Shown here piece by piece: positions 28,743 through 41,968 of a DNA stretch of 64,000 bases; the first letter of the stretch is position 1, and every line of letters starts with the position of its first letter. This DNA comes from Macrostomum lignano (lineage: Eukaryota). A model generated the notes under the pieces. That model worked only from the letters and a program-made list of their open reading frames with translations, searched no databases and was not told the origin of the DNA. Location of the stretch: contig NIVC01000202.1 in assembly GCA_002269645.1 (NCBI GenBank), positions 186,001-250,000 of the forward strand. The letters run 5' to 3'. The position numbers and the translations under genes are program-made.

Positions 28743-29186
28743 ACAGAAGAAGACTAGAAGCAAATATTGGTTGAAAGCAGGAAAAGTTACAATCGCGGTG
28801 GCGCGCTATTGACGCTGAGTTTTAGCGATGGCCACTCGACCTCGTTTTCATCGAATTCTATTGCTATTGGGGCGCCCTGGCAACAGAGCTACTCGAATCG
28901 GCCCTGATTCTCACCCACTTAGTCCTGGCTAAAACTCAAGTCCATTATAGCTCTCATTGTTCCTTGGGCAAGCAATGCAGTATCCCCATCGTTAACATCA
29001 ATTCGGCAGTTTTACAAGCTTTCTAATTAATTAGCTTTTTATGAGTTATAAGAACTGCAATTATTAAAATTTTATTCGAAATTCATTTGCTGATTGACTG
29101 CTATTGCGAGGCAATAAGAATTGAAGAATTTGAAAGTCTAATGCTTGTTTGAAAGGATATAGATCTTTAAATAAGGAGCTAGGGAT

Positions 29187-29986
29187 CTAAACACATTTAG
29201 GGATAAATGAGGATCTAGATCTAGACACATTGGGGATAAATGAGGATCTAGATCTAGACACATTGGGGATAAATGAGGATCTAGCTCTAGACACATTGGG
29301 GATAAATGAGGATCTAGATCTAGACACATTGGGGATAAATGAGGATCTAGATCTAGACACATTGGGGATAAATGAGGATCTAGATCTAGACACATTGGGG
29401 ATAAATGAGGATCTAGATCTAGACACATTGGGGATAAATGAAGCTCTAGATCTAGACACATTGGGGATAAATGAGGATCTAGATCTAGACACATTGGGGA
29501 TAAATGAGGCTCTAGATCTAGACACATTGGGGATAAATGAGGATCTAGCTCTAGACACATTGGGGATAAATGAGGATCTAGATCTAGACACATTGGGGAT
29601 AAATGAGGATCTAGATCTAGACACATTGGGGATAAATGAGGATCTAGATCTAGACACATTGGGGATAAATGAAGCTCTAGATCTAGACACATTGGGGATA
29701 AATGAGGATCTAGATCTAGACACATTGGGGATAAATGAGGCTCTAGATCTAGACACATTGGGGATAAATGAGGATCTAGATCTAGACACATTGGGGATAA
29801 ATGAAGCTCTAGATCTAGACACATTGGGGATAAATGAGGATCTAGATCTAGACACATTGGGGATAAATGAGGCTCTAGATCTAGACACATTGGGGATAAA
29901 TGAGGATCTAGATCTAGACACATTGGGGATAAATGAGGATCTAGCTCTAGACACATTGGGGATAAATGAGGCTCTAGATCTAGACA
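29187..29986. repeat. 33-bp minisatellite (TCTAGACACATTGGGGATAAATGAGGATCTAGA)
   Basis: About 24 tandem copies; source of three pseudo-ORFs. Confidence 0.97.
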
Positions 29987-30125
29987 AGTCCGGAGACGAA
30001 AATAACAGTTCGAAAATTAATTTTGAAATTAGGTGGAGCTCCGAAGTGAACTTAAGACTTTAAATTGTACTTATTCACCAAGATGCTCGCAAATATGAGT
30101 AAATTTCCCTCAATGTCTGCCGCAG

Positions 30126-30323
30126 GCCTCCGAGCTCACATTCCGACTTTGCCATACGAGAAGCGACTGTCCAAAGTGGACACCCTGAGGCTGGCCATCG
30201 GCTACATCAATTTCCTGCGCGAGATCATCCAGACAGATCAGCAGGGTGCCAAAGAGAATGTCAGCAGTACACCGCAGCCGCCACCAGAGGTTCAACGGAA
30301 AGTTGTCGTCCACTGCAGCGCTG
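30126..30323 (+). CDS. Ptf1a: Ptf1a exon 2 (remainder of bHLH)
   Basis: cgcag|GC acceptor completes Gly. Encodes [34 protein letters not shown], typical of Ptf1a/Fer1, then [10 protein letters not shown]. Donor G|GTGAGT (phase 1). Confidence 0.95.
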
Positions 30324-30329
30324 GTGAGT

Positions 30330-30919
<590 letters not shown>

Positions 30920-31374
30920 ACAGAGGGTTCCCAACTCAAGGCGAAGGTGCATTTAATTGGCCGGGCCGAGTGATGAATCGGACTTGAACTAAAGGGAGGA
31001 GAAACCGAGAGCCATCGAAGCGTGAATGGGTCGCGTTTTTTGGCACTCGAACCCGGGGCGCCTACAAGTGAAATTAATTAAAACGGGATGCACTGCCTAT
31101 TGCGCTCCCTTCGCTGAAGAGGCTCCTGCCTTGAGCTCAAAACTAACTCGCCAAGATGTTGTACGCAAGCGTGTCACGGCAGAGGGGACAGAAAAATTTA
31201 GTAAGAGTCACGCGTGAATTGAGTTTGCCAATTTTGGGACAGCTCTGGAGAATTTCACTTTCTGAAATTTTCATTCTTTTATTAAATAATCCCCAGATCC
31301 CCACAATATTAACAATATAAACTTCCCAAATCTTTCACACTCAAGCTCAATTTTCCTTCAAGTTTCACATTCAC

Positions 31375-32045
31375 CCAAGCTTCACATTCTTCACAAGCTT
31401 CATGCACATTCTTCACAAGCTTCACGTTCCTTCAAGCGTCACATTCCTCACAAGCTTCACGTTCCTTTAAGCTTCACATTCTTCACAAGCTTCACGTTCC
31501 CTCAAGCTTCACATTCTTCACAAGCTTCACGTTCCCTTAAGCGTCACATTCTTCACAAGCTTCACGTTCCCTCAAGCTTCACATTCTTCACAAGCTTCAC
31601 GTTCCCTCAAGCTTCACATTCTTCACAAGCTTCACGTTCCCTCAAGCTTCACATTCTTCACAAGCTTCACGTTCCCTCAAGCTTCACATTCTTCACAAGC
31701 TTCACGTTCCCTCAAGCTTCACATTCCTCACAAGCTTCACGTTCCTTCAAGCGTCACATTCCTCACAAGCTTCACGTTCCCTTAAGCGTCACATTCCTCA
31801 CAAGCTTCACATTCCTCACAAGCTTCACGTTCCTTCAAGCGTCACATTCCTCACAAGCTTCACGTTCCCTCAAGCTTCATATTCTTCACAAGCTTCACGT
31901 TCCCTCAAGCTTCACATTCCTCACAAGCTTCACGTTCCTTCAAGCGTCACATTCCTCACAAGCTTCACGTTCCCTCAAGCTTCATATTCTTCACAAGCTT
32001 CACGTTCCCTCAAGCTTCACATTCCTCACAAGCTTCACGTTCCCT
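31375..32045. repeat. 35-bp minisatellite made of 18+17-bp related subunits (CTTCACATTCTTCACAAG / CTTCACGTTCCCTCAAG)
   Basis: Alternating subunits with AAGCTT at most junctions. Confidence 0.93.
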
Positions 32046-32679
32046 TATGCGTCACACTCACTTAGCTGGATTTCCAGAAAGCTCAAATTCAAAATAATAA
32101 TCCTCAAGCTAGAAGCCCAGAAATCAGTTGATAAGTTATTAAGCGAGGAAAAAAGCTCACAATTAGAACACAATGGAGCAAAAAAACTCACACAGGAGAG
32201 GCGCAGTGGACAGAAGCTGAGCGATGAGGCAGCCTGTGCCCACAGATTGATGGGTGCAACACGCGACACGTGTCCACACTAAAGCGAAGACTTAATAGAG
32301 TCAAACTTGACTTTGCTGCTCTTCCTTTAAGACTTAGAGAGAGAGAGGGAGTAAAGATTGACACGTGCTAAGGCACGCGCCTCTTCCCCAAACAACTCGT
32401 ATTTTCCTCTTGGCTCAGAGCAACCCTATCAACTCGCTATTAGAATATTATTATTGTTGTTAAGCGTGCCGGGGGGGGGGCGGCAGCCGACCCTTGAGGT
32501 CTTCGACAAGCGGCCACTGCATGCTTGCACGCGTGTTGCTTAGAAAAAATTCAACACCGATGGAAGCCTATCATTAATATTGCAATACATTTGTAATTAT
32601 TCATTTTTTCAGCAAGTAATAACCTGAGGGTAAATATTGCTGATTTAAGGCACAAGCGTACAGGTTTCAGGCACCTTTG

Positions 32680-33808
32680 TACATGCTGTACACAGATTCT
32701 GGTACACTTGCACTCAAGTCTGGTACACTTGCACTCAAGTCTGGTACACTTGCACTCAAGTCTGGTACACAGATTCTGGTACACTTGCACTCAAGTCTGG
32801 TACACAGATTCTGGTACACTTGCACTCAAGTCTGGTACACTTGCACTCAAGTCTGGTACACAGATTCTGGTACACTTGTAATCAAGTCTGGTACACAGAT
32901 TCTGGTACACTTGCACTCAAGTCTGGTACACTTGCACTCAAGTCTGGTACACAGATTCTGGTACACTTGTAATCAAGTCTGGTACACTTGCACTCAAGTC
33001 TGGTACACAGATTCTGGTACACTTGTAATCAAGTCTGGTACACAGATTCTGGTACACTTGCACTCAAGTCTGGTACACAGATTCTGGTACACTTGTACTC
33101 AAGTCTAGTAACACAGGTTCTGGTACACTTGCACTCAAGTCTGGTACACAGATTCTGGTACACTTGTACTCAAGTCTGGTAACACAGATTCTGGTACACT
33201 TGCACTCAAGTCTGGTACACAGATTCTGGTACACTTGTACTCAAGTCTGGTACACAGATTCTGGTACACTTGTACTCAAGTCTGGTAACACAGATTCTGG
33301 TACACTTGTAATCAAGTCTGGTAACACAGATTCTGGTACACTTGTACTCAAGTCTAGTAACACAGGTTCTGGTACACTTGCACTCAAGTCTGGTACACAG
33401 ATTCTGGTACACTTGCACTCAAGTCTGGTACACAGATTCTGGTACACTTGCACTCAAGTCTGGTACACAGATTCTGGTACACTTGTACTCAAGTCTGGTA
33501 CACAGATTCTGGTACACTTGTACTCAAGTCTGGTACACAGATTCTGGTACACTTGTACTCAAGTCTGGTACACAGATTCTGGTACACTTGCACTCAAGTC
33601 TGGTACACAGATTCTGGTACACTTGTACTCAAGTCTGGTACACAGATTCTGGTACACTTGTACTCAAGTCTGGTACACAGATTCTGGTACACTTGTACTC
33701 AAGTCTGGTACACAGATTCTGGTACACTTGTACTCAAGTCTGGTAACACAGATTCTGGTACACTTGTACTCAAGTCTAGTAACACAGGTTCTGGTACACT
33801 TGCACTCA
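32680..33808. repeat. Modular minisatellite of a 21-mer (CTGGTACACTTGCACTCAAGT) and a 14-mer (CTGGTACACAGATT)
   Basis: Two modules sharing CTGGTACAC occur in irregular order. Confidence 0.94.
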
Positions 33809-34849
33809 GCACACTTTTAGCTCAAATCCAGTCAATCTTCTTTAATATCTCTCCACTATCAAAGCAGCACGGAATAAGGAACTAGAAACCAGCTCGTGAC
33901 TCAACATGGGACTCAGCGAATTTGAAAAAAGAACTCTTGAAAGTGTTCCAGCAGGCGTCGAACGGATCTGCCGATACTCTCTGGGGGTGCGTGCTGAAGT
34001 CGCCACTAAGTCGCATATTTCTGCGGCCCAAAGAGGGCAAAGGGGAGGGGAGAAAGAGGAAGGAGGAACAGGGGAGGAGGGGGGGGAAATGGGAGATCCT
34101 GTGGACAAACAAGCCGACCTGTCAAAGTGATCATCAGCGCTGCTGAGCTCAAGCGGAGCACTGTTTGAGTAGCCCAGCTAGAGAGGAGAAAGAGCACAAC
34201 CCCAGACTAAAGAGAACCCCCCAAATTTAAAGAATTTTTCCCTAGAAATTTCTCCTCATTTAGAGGGGCCGGCAGCGTCCCCTCCCTCCTCCGTGAGCAA
34301 ACACAGGCACAGCTGCTGGGGCATTCGGTCTGTTTTTCACCGAAATTCTCCCCTTCAAAGCTCGGCGCACCTTCACCCCCCCCTGCCAGCGCGTTGGAGT
34401 TCCATAATTCCCTCTTCTGAGCTGCGCCCCCTCCTATGGGCAGACAGAGCAAACTTTCCCTGTGCCTGACCTGCGGGCTGACTGACTCTCTCTCTCTCTC
34501 TCTCTCTTTCCGTTGGAAGACCTACAAACTAGAAATTTCACGATGTACAGACATAGAATTTTATCAAGTTGGAGCCATGGATAACTGAACTAGAAGGACG
34601 CTTAACTCTCGGTTTTCTTGGAAATCAGCTCTGGGGGCCAGTGAGGAATGTGTATTTATTTTAGCATGCTCTACTGGCCAACGCATAGCGCTGAATGGGG
34701 TTTGGCCATAGACAAATTCGATCGAGAGCATACTGAATGCCCTAGCAATACGACAAATACACGTACCTTCCGGCCTCCAGGTCATTTCTAAGAAAATCAA
34801 GTGTAGCCTCTGTCTACTGCAGTTGTTCATGCCTCGAACTTTCACAAAC

Positions 34850-35942
34850 TAGACAGTTCACCAACTCAAACTTTCACAGCTCACCAAACTCAAACTTTCA
34901 CAATTCACCAACTCAAACTTTCACAGTTCACCAACTCAAACTTTCACAGTTCACCAAACTCAAACTTTCACAATTCACCAACTCAAACTTTCACAGTTCA
35001 CCAACTCAAACTTTCACAATTCACCAACTCAAACTTTCACAGTTCACCAACTCAAACTTTCACAAACTAGACAGTTCACCAACTCAAACTTTCACAGTTC
35101 ACCAAACTCAAACTTTCACAATTCACCAACTCAAACTTTTACAAACTAGTCAGTTCACCAACTCAAACTTTTACAAACTAGTCAGTTCACCAACTCGAAC
35201 TTTCACGGTTCACCAACTCGAACTTTCCCGGTTCACCAACTCGAACTTTCAAAATTCACTAACTTGAACTTTCACAGTTCACCAACTCCAACTTTCACAG
35301 TTCACCAACTCGAACTTTCAAAATTCACCAACTCGAACTTTCACACTTCACCAACTCGAACTTTTACAGTTCACCAACTCGAACTTTCACACTTCACCCA
35401 CTCGAACTTTCACACTTCACCAACTCAAACTTTCACGGTTCACCAACTCGAACTTTCACAATTTACCAACTCGAACTTTCCCGGTTCACCAACTCGAACT
35501 TTCAAAATTCACCAACTCGAACTTTCAAAATTCACCAACACGAACTTTCAAAATTCACCAACTCGAACTTTCACAGTTCACCAAACTCAAACTTTCACAA
35601 TTCACCAACTCAAACTTTCCCGGTTCACCAACTCGAACTTTCAAAATTCACCAACTCGAACTTTCACAGTTCACCAACTCTAACTTTCAGGGTTCACCAA
35701 CTCGAACTTTCACAATTTACCAACTCGAACTTTCACGGTTCACCAACTCGAACTTTCCCGGTTCACCAACTCGAACTTTCACAGTTCACCAACTCGAACT
35801 TTCACACTTCACCAACTCGAACTTTCAAAATTCACCAACTCGAACTTTCACAGTTCACCAACTCAAACTTTCACAATTTACCAACTCGAACTTTCCCGGT
35901 TCACCAACTCAAACTTTCACAATTTACCAACTCGAACTTTTA
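34850..35942. repeat. 23-bp minisatellite (TTCACCAACTC[A/G]AACTTTCACAG) in Ptf1a intron 2
   Basis: Tandem, moderately diverged copies. Confidence 0.94.
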
Positions 35943-37317
35943 CAAAGCAGACGACTAGAAAGACTAGAAGTTCAACAGCAGCAATTATAAAAAAGTGAGA
36001 AGTTAGCATTCAGATATTGAGAAGGAGATTTCTGGAGGCTTTGAGAAGCTTGGAAGAATTGATATCAGTCTCAATCCACGAGGATTTCTTTTGAAGGATT
36101 CGATAAACAAGTATTGGGAGCTGGGATGCGGGAGGGAATCTGTAGCTGGAGGGTTACAAAATGGCGGAGAAGCCGCAGCTGCTCCAGTTCCCATGCTGCT
36201 GTAAGCAGATTCCACAATACAGGCGTTGATGAGGCCAGCCAGATATTCTAAAAGAGATAAGTCTTAGTGGCTCTTCACTATCTAGCTTATCTCGTAATTT
36301 CTTCATTAAATGCTGCGGTATTTTACACCGCGATGCAAATCCAATGCTCATTATCTTCAACAGGAGAAGCGTCCCAAACTGCAGCTATTCTTCCAGGGGC
36401 AGAATTTCTTCTTTTTATTTTAAATACAGAAATTTTCTGCTTCCTTTCCTGTTGCATATTTTTTCATTCGAACGCTTTGAAGACAAAAACAAGAAGAGCT
36501 TGACTGAACCTGAACTCTCCCTCCCAGTGCCGCGCCGGACTCACTCGGCTGATTTTCATAGCGGGACGCCCCGCTGTGCGGGAAATCGCCCGCCCCACCC
36601 CCAACACCCCATCGGTTCTCAAACAGCTACTCAACTATTTTCTTCTTTTATTCCGCGTCTCCTTGAGTGACAACTTGATGAAGCGGCGCAGATATAGGCG
36701 TGGGAGGGGGGGGAGTTTGTTAATCCAGCCTCCTTATTGCGACGCCCCATCGTTTGGCCTCAGAATTCTTTTCATCAGGAGGGCCTGTTGCAGAGTCTTG
36801 GCTAAGCTAAATGGAAAAGAATATTTCTGCATTGTTGCAGCCAGCTTGAATGACATCAAAACGGAACTAATTCACAATGGGATTTCTATCTAGGCATCAG
36901 TGACTGTGAACTCTCTCGCTCCACCCCCCAAACCTTTATGCACCTGAAACATGTCTTTGAATTTTGTCGCAAAAATTGCTGCATTGCGAAGGAGGGGAAG
37001 GCGCTAAAGAAAGAGACAGACAGGCGGGCAGACAGTTGTGGAGTCAGCCAGAACAGACAGGCAGATATTGGCGTATTTAAACAGTCTTGACTTTCTCAAC
37101 GTCAAGCCAACTCTTTCCCACAGATCCTCTATCATTCTCTCCTCTTTCGCGGTGCTCCAGACTGCTCATGGAGAGCCCTCCAAGTCCCGCAACTCGTGAC
37201 CTTGCGAAGTTTTTCGCGAGCGCTCGCTCTAACAGGGGGGGGGGCTCGCTTCTCTCTAGCCGTCTTCTGCCTTCTTTCTACTTTGCTTCTAAAAGAGGGC
37301 TTTTGAGCATGAGTCTC

Positions 37318-37358
<41 letters not shown>

Positions 37359-37807
37359 TTTCAGAAACCGCCGGTAACCCGAGCCCCGATCGAGTCCGGG
37401 ACCCCGGGAATTCGAGTTACTAACCAAAGCCAAAAAACTGAAAGAGAGAAAAATTTTTGCTTCAGCTCCGGCATGCAAACAAAAAACATTTGTGGGGCTC
37501 ATTGATCCCCCCGAGCCTCCCGTGGTATCCACGGCCCACTGTATGATTCGCAGGGGACTGGATTGACGACAAAACAAAGGATGAGGATAGCAACCACTGG
37601 CGAACCTTCTCAACTTTGCTGGCAGCGAAGCTTTTTTGAATGCTTTGAAAATTAGATTTTCAATTTTTTAGATTTTAAACAAAAGAACCCATATTTTTTG
37701 TTTGGTATGAGATTTCGCTAATTAAAACTTTTTGGAAAGGGAGCAACAGTGGCAGGCTCTGAGGGCTCTACAAATTAATAAGCGACTACTGGTGGATTGA
37801 AATTTAT

Positions 37808-38316
<509 letters not shown>

Positions 38317-38357
38317 AATGATAATAATAACAAACCTAACCACTTCTTTCTCAGCAG

Positions 38358-38779
38358 ACTTCAACGCCGACTACGGTGGAGTCCCTGCTGGGGCGGGAGT
38401 CAGCGGCGGCCCAGGACCCTTCGGCCCGTTCACCGCGCACAGCCTCGGCTGGTTCGAGGACGCCAGATACGGTTACCATGGCAACGGAGGCGGCCCGGGT
38501 CAGCAACATCACGGAGGCGGCACCATGTGCGCCAAGCTGTGGATCCCGGAGGTCGGGCAGGACGAAGGCCGGTCCGGAGCCAAGCTGCTCATTAAACAGG
38601 AGACGCCTGCGTCGGTCTCGAGCAGTCTGGCGAGCGAACTCCGGACCTTCCAGCCCAGCCTGAGTGAGGTGGCCAGCCAGTCCATGCACTTCGAGTCGCA
38701 CCTGTCGCAGCGGATTGCGGCAGACGCGGCCGCGGCGGCTGCTGCAGCATCGGCGACAGAATTCCATGGGCAGCTGTGA
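38358..38779 (+). CDS. Ptf1a: Ptf1a exon 3 (RBPJ-interacting C1/C2 motifs); alternative in-frame start at 38355
   Basis: Branch-like CTAAC at 38336-38340, pyrimidine tract and tcagcag acceptor (phase 1 fits). Encodes NADYG, AHSLGW (C1, cf. HSLSW) and CAKLWIPE (C2, cf. AKVWTPE). Stop TGA at 38777-38779. Confidence 0.9.
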
Positions 38780-41096
38780 GAGCCAGGGCGCCACTCTACT
38801 TCTGCAACACCCTCTCTAACGCCTTCTCTACTTCCATAACACCCTCTCTAACGCCTTCTCTACTTCTGTAACACCCTCTCTAACGCCTTCTCTACTTCTG
38901 TAACACCCTCTCTAACGCCTTCTCTACTTTGGGAAATATTACACAGATTTGATTACAAAGGTGTTACAAATTACATTATTTAAGAAAGCGATTCTGTCAG
39001 CTTAAACTCAGCAATAAATATTGCACTCACATCTGCTGCTGATTTGCTTATTTTCCATTGCCGTGAATTTGTAGTCAAACAATCATTGACTAAAGAACTT
39101 ACCCACACTTTTATCAATAGATTTTTTATTATTGGTGTCGGGGAAGCGTTGACCCAAAATAGGGAAATTTGTTAATTAGTTTTTTCCCATTGTTACTTTT
39201 TCTGGCCTCAAGTTATCGATTCTGTCGTTTAAATGTCTGCGAAATTTTGTTAATGAATTTTTTTCTCTGTGGAAATATACTGCTTGTTGCAATCAGGTTC
39301 AGCCTTATATAATCTGCTAGAACTTCTCCCTAAAGTTGGTAACTGATGCAAGATACACCGAGTGAACTGCAGTTAGGCTACACCGAGTGAACTGCAGTTA
39401 GGCTACACGGAGTGAACTGCAGTTAGGCTACACCGAGTGAACTGCAGTTAAGTTACACCGAGTGAACTGCAGTTAAGCTACACCGAGTGAACTGCAGTTA
39501 GGCTACACCGAGTGAACTGCAGTTAGGCTACACCGAGTGAACTGCAGTTAAGCTACACCGAGTGAACTGCAGTTAAGCTACACCGAGTGAACTTCAGTTA
39601 AGCTATATGTACACCAAGTGAACTGCAGATAAGCTATATGTACACCAAGTGAACTGCAGATAAGCTACATGTACACCAAGTAAACTTCAGTTAGGCTACA
39701 CCGAAGGGGGCCGTAGCCCAGCGGTAGCGCAGCTGCTCTGGTGTGCCAGCGACCCAGGCTCGATTCCAAGTGCAGTCACATTACTTTGGGGCTGAATTGG
39801 AATCTCGGCTTGGCTCTGCTCGTGCAATTAACGGCCTTGAGAGCCAACCCCCCAAGGCACAGTGAAGTGTACATGCCTAACGATAGATAAAGTTAGGGCC
39901 GCTGTACACTCCTGTGTGAGTGTGTGCCTGCGTACGTATCCGCGCGCTTGTGTGCCTGCTCAGGGGTTTCGGCGGAATGGGCAGCAATGCCTCTCGCCGG
40001 TTGTGTGTCAATGTCGCTTAAAGTGCGCCAGGGTGCACACAACCCTCCTGCCTGCCTTTAATAAAAATCTAATAAAAATAGGCTACACCGAGTGAACTTC
40101 AGTTAGGCTACACCGAGTGAACTGCAGTTGGGCTACACCGAGTGAACTTCAGTTAGGCTACACCGAGTGAACTTCAGTTAGGCTACACCGAGTGAACTTC
40201 AGTTAGGCTACACCGAGTGAACTTCAGTTAGGCTACACCGAGTGAACTTCAGTTAGGCTACACCGAGTGAACTTCAGTTAGGTTACACCGAGTAAACTGC
40301 AGTTAGGCTACACCGAGTGAACTTCAGTTAGGCTACACCGAGTGAACTTCAGTTAGGCTACACCGAGTGAACTGCAGTTGGGCTACACCGAGTGAACTTC
40401 AGTTTACGCGGCCGCGGCGGCTGCTGCAGCATCGGCGACAGAATTCCATGGGCAGCTGTGAGAGCCAGGGCGCCACTCTACTTCTGCAACACCCTCTCTA
40501 ACGCCTTCTCTACTTCCATAACACCCTCTCTAACGCCTTTTCTACTTCTGCAACACCCTCTCTAACGCCTTCTCTACTTCTGTAACACCCTCTCTAACGC
40601 CTTCTCTACTTCTGTAACACCCTCTCTAACGCCTTCTCTACTTCTGTAACACCCTCTCTAACGCCTTCTCTACTTTGGGAAATATTACACAGATTTGATT
40701 ACAAAGGTGTTACAAATTACATTATTTAAGAAAGCGATTCTGTCAGCTTAAACTCAGCAATAAATATTGCACTCACATCTGCTGCTGATTTGCTTATTTT
40801 CCATTGCCGTGAATTTGTAGTCAAACAATCATTGACTAAAGAACTTACCCACACTTTTATCAATAGATTTTTTATTATTGGTGTCGGGGAAGCGTTGACC
40901 CAAAATAGGGAAATTTGTTAATTAGTTTTTTCCCATTGTTACTTTTTCTGGCCTCAAGTTATCGATTCTGTCGTTTAAATGTCTGCGAAATTTTGTTAAT
41001 GAATTTTTTTCTCTGTGGAAATATACTGCTTGTTGCAATCAGGTTCAGCCTTATATAATCTGCTAGAACTTCTCCCTAAAGTTGGTAACTGATGCA
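38724..41096 (+). repeat. Tandem duplication: 38724-39350 is repeated at 40406-41096 (last Ptf1a codons plus 3' UTR)
   Basis: Both copies start ACGCGGCCGCGGCGGCTGCTGCAGC and end AACTGATGCA. They differ by two units of an internal 32-bp repeat (4 vs 6 units). Confidence 0.93.
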
Positions 41097-41680
41097 AGAT
41101 ACACCGAGTGAACTGCAGTTAGGCTACACCGAGTGAACTTCAGTTAGGCTACACCGAGTGAACTGCAGTTGGGCTACACCGAGTGAACTTCAGTTAGGCT
41201 ACACCGAGTGAACTTCAGTTAGGCTACACCGAGTGAACTGCAGTTAGGCTACACCGAGTGAACTTCAGTTAGGCTACACCGAGTGAACTGCAGTTGGGCT
41301 ACACCGAGTGAACTTCAGTTAGGCTACACCGAGTGAACTTCAGTTAGGCTACACCGAGTGAACTTCAGTTAGGCTACACCGAGTGAACTTCAGTTAGGCT
41401 ACACCGAGTGAACTTCAGTTAGGCTACACCGAGTGAACTTCAGTTAGGCTACACCGAGTGAACTTCAGTTAGGCTACACCGAGTGAACTTCAGTTAAGCT
41501 ACATGTACACCAAGTGAACTGCAGTTTGGCTACACCGAGTGAACTTCAGTTAGGCTACACCGAGTGAACTTCAGTTAGGTTACACCGAGTGAACTTCAGT
41601 TAGGTTACACCGAGTGAACTGCAGATAAGCTATATGTACACCGAGTGAACGGCAGTTAAGTTATACCGAGTGAACTGCAG
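39354..41680. repeat. 25-bp minisatellite (GGCTACACCGAGTGAACT[G/T]CAGTTA) in segments 39354-39704, 40080-40405 and 41100-41680
   Basis: Tandem copies interrupted by a SINE and by the duplicated UTR. Confidence 0.95.
39705..40079 (+). mobile_element. tRNA-derived SINE, ~375 bp, with a 12-bp target-site duplication
   Basis: Head GGGGGCCGTAGCCCAGCGGTAGCG (A-box) ... GGCTCGATTCC (B-box); tail TAATAAAAATCTAATAAAAAT. Flanked by AGGCTACACCGA at 39693-39704 and 40080-40091. Confidence 0.85.
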
Positions 41681-41968
41681 ATAATTTACACAGTAAACTA
41701 ATACACAGTGAGTGAACTACTGAAATGAGTCGTAACGCAAGAAATTGACAGTAAACAAAAATTGTTTATCCTCATTGATTTCAAATGATTGAAAATTAAT
41801 TTTAATCGTGAAAAGCCAATTAAATAAATTATATTTTGCAGCAATTGTGGAATTCGTCACTGAAACAGTTCTGCTTTTGTGTCAGTAGAAAAGAATAATA
41901 GGCATGATATTCAAATGCTACTCATAGCAGTAGCATCAGTAGTATTAATAGAAAATGTCCCTCCCGGC

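Noticed and set aside
29138-30063. Long ORFs of 266-277 aa with 11-aa repeats
   Set aside because: They are translations of the 33-bp minisatellite inside Ptf1a intron 1.
37114-37122. RBPJ site TTTCCCACA as part of a PTF1 element
   Set aside because: There is no E-box at one or two helical turns upstream, and a lone 7-9-mer is expected by chance.
39706-39780. Functional tRNA gene
   Set aside because: A and B boxes are present, but the acceptor and T stems do not pair. It continues into a SINE body with a tail and TSD.
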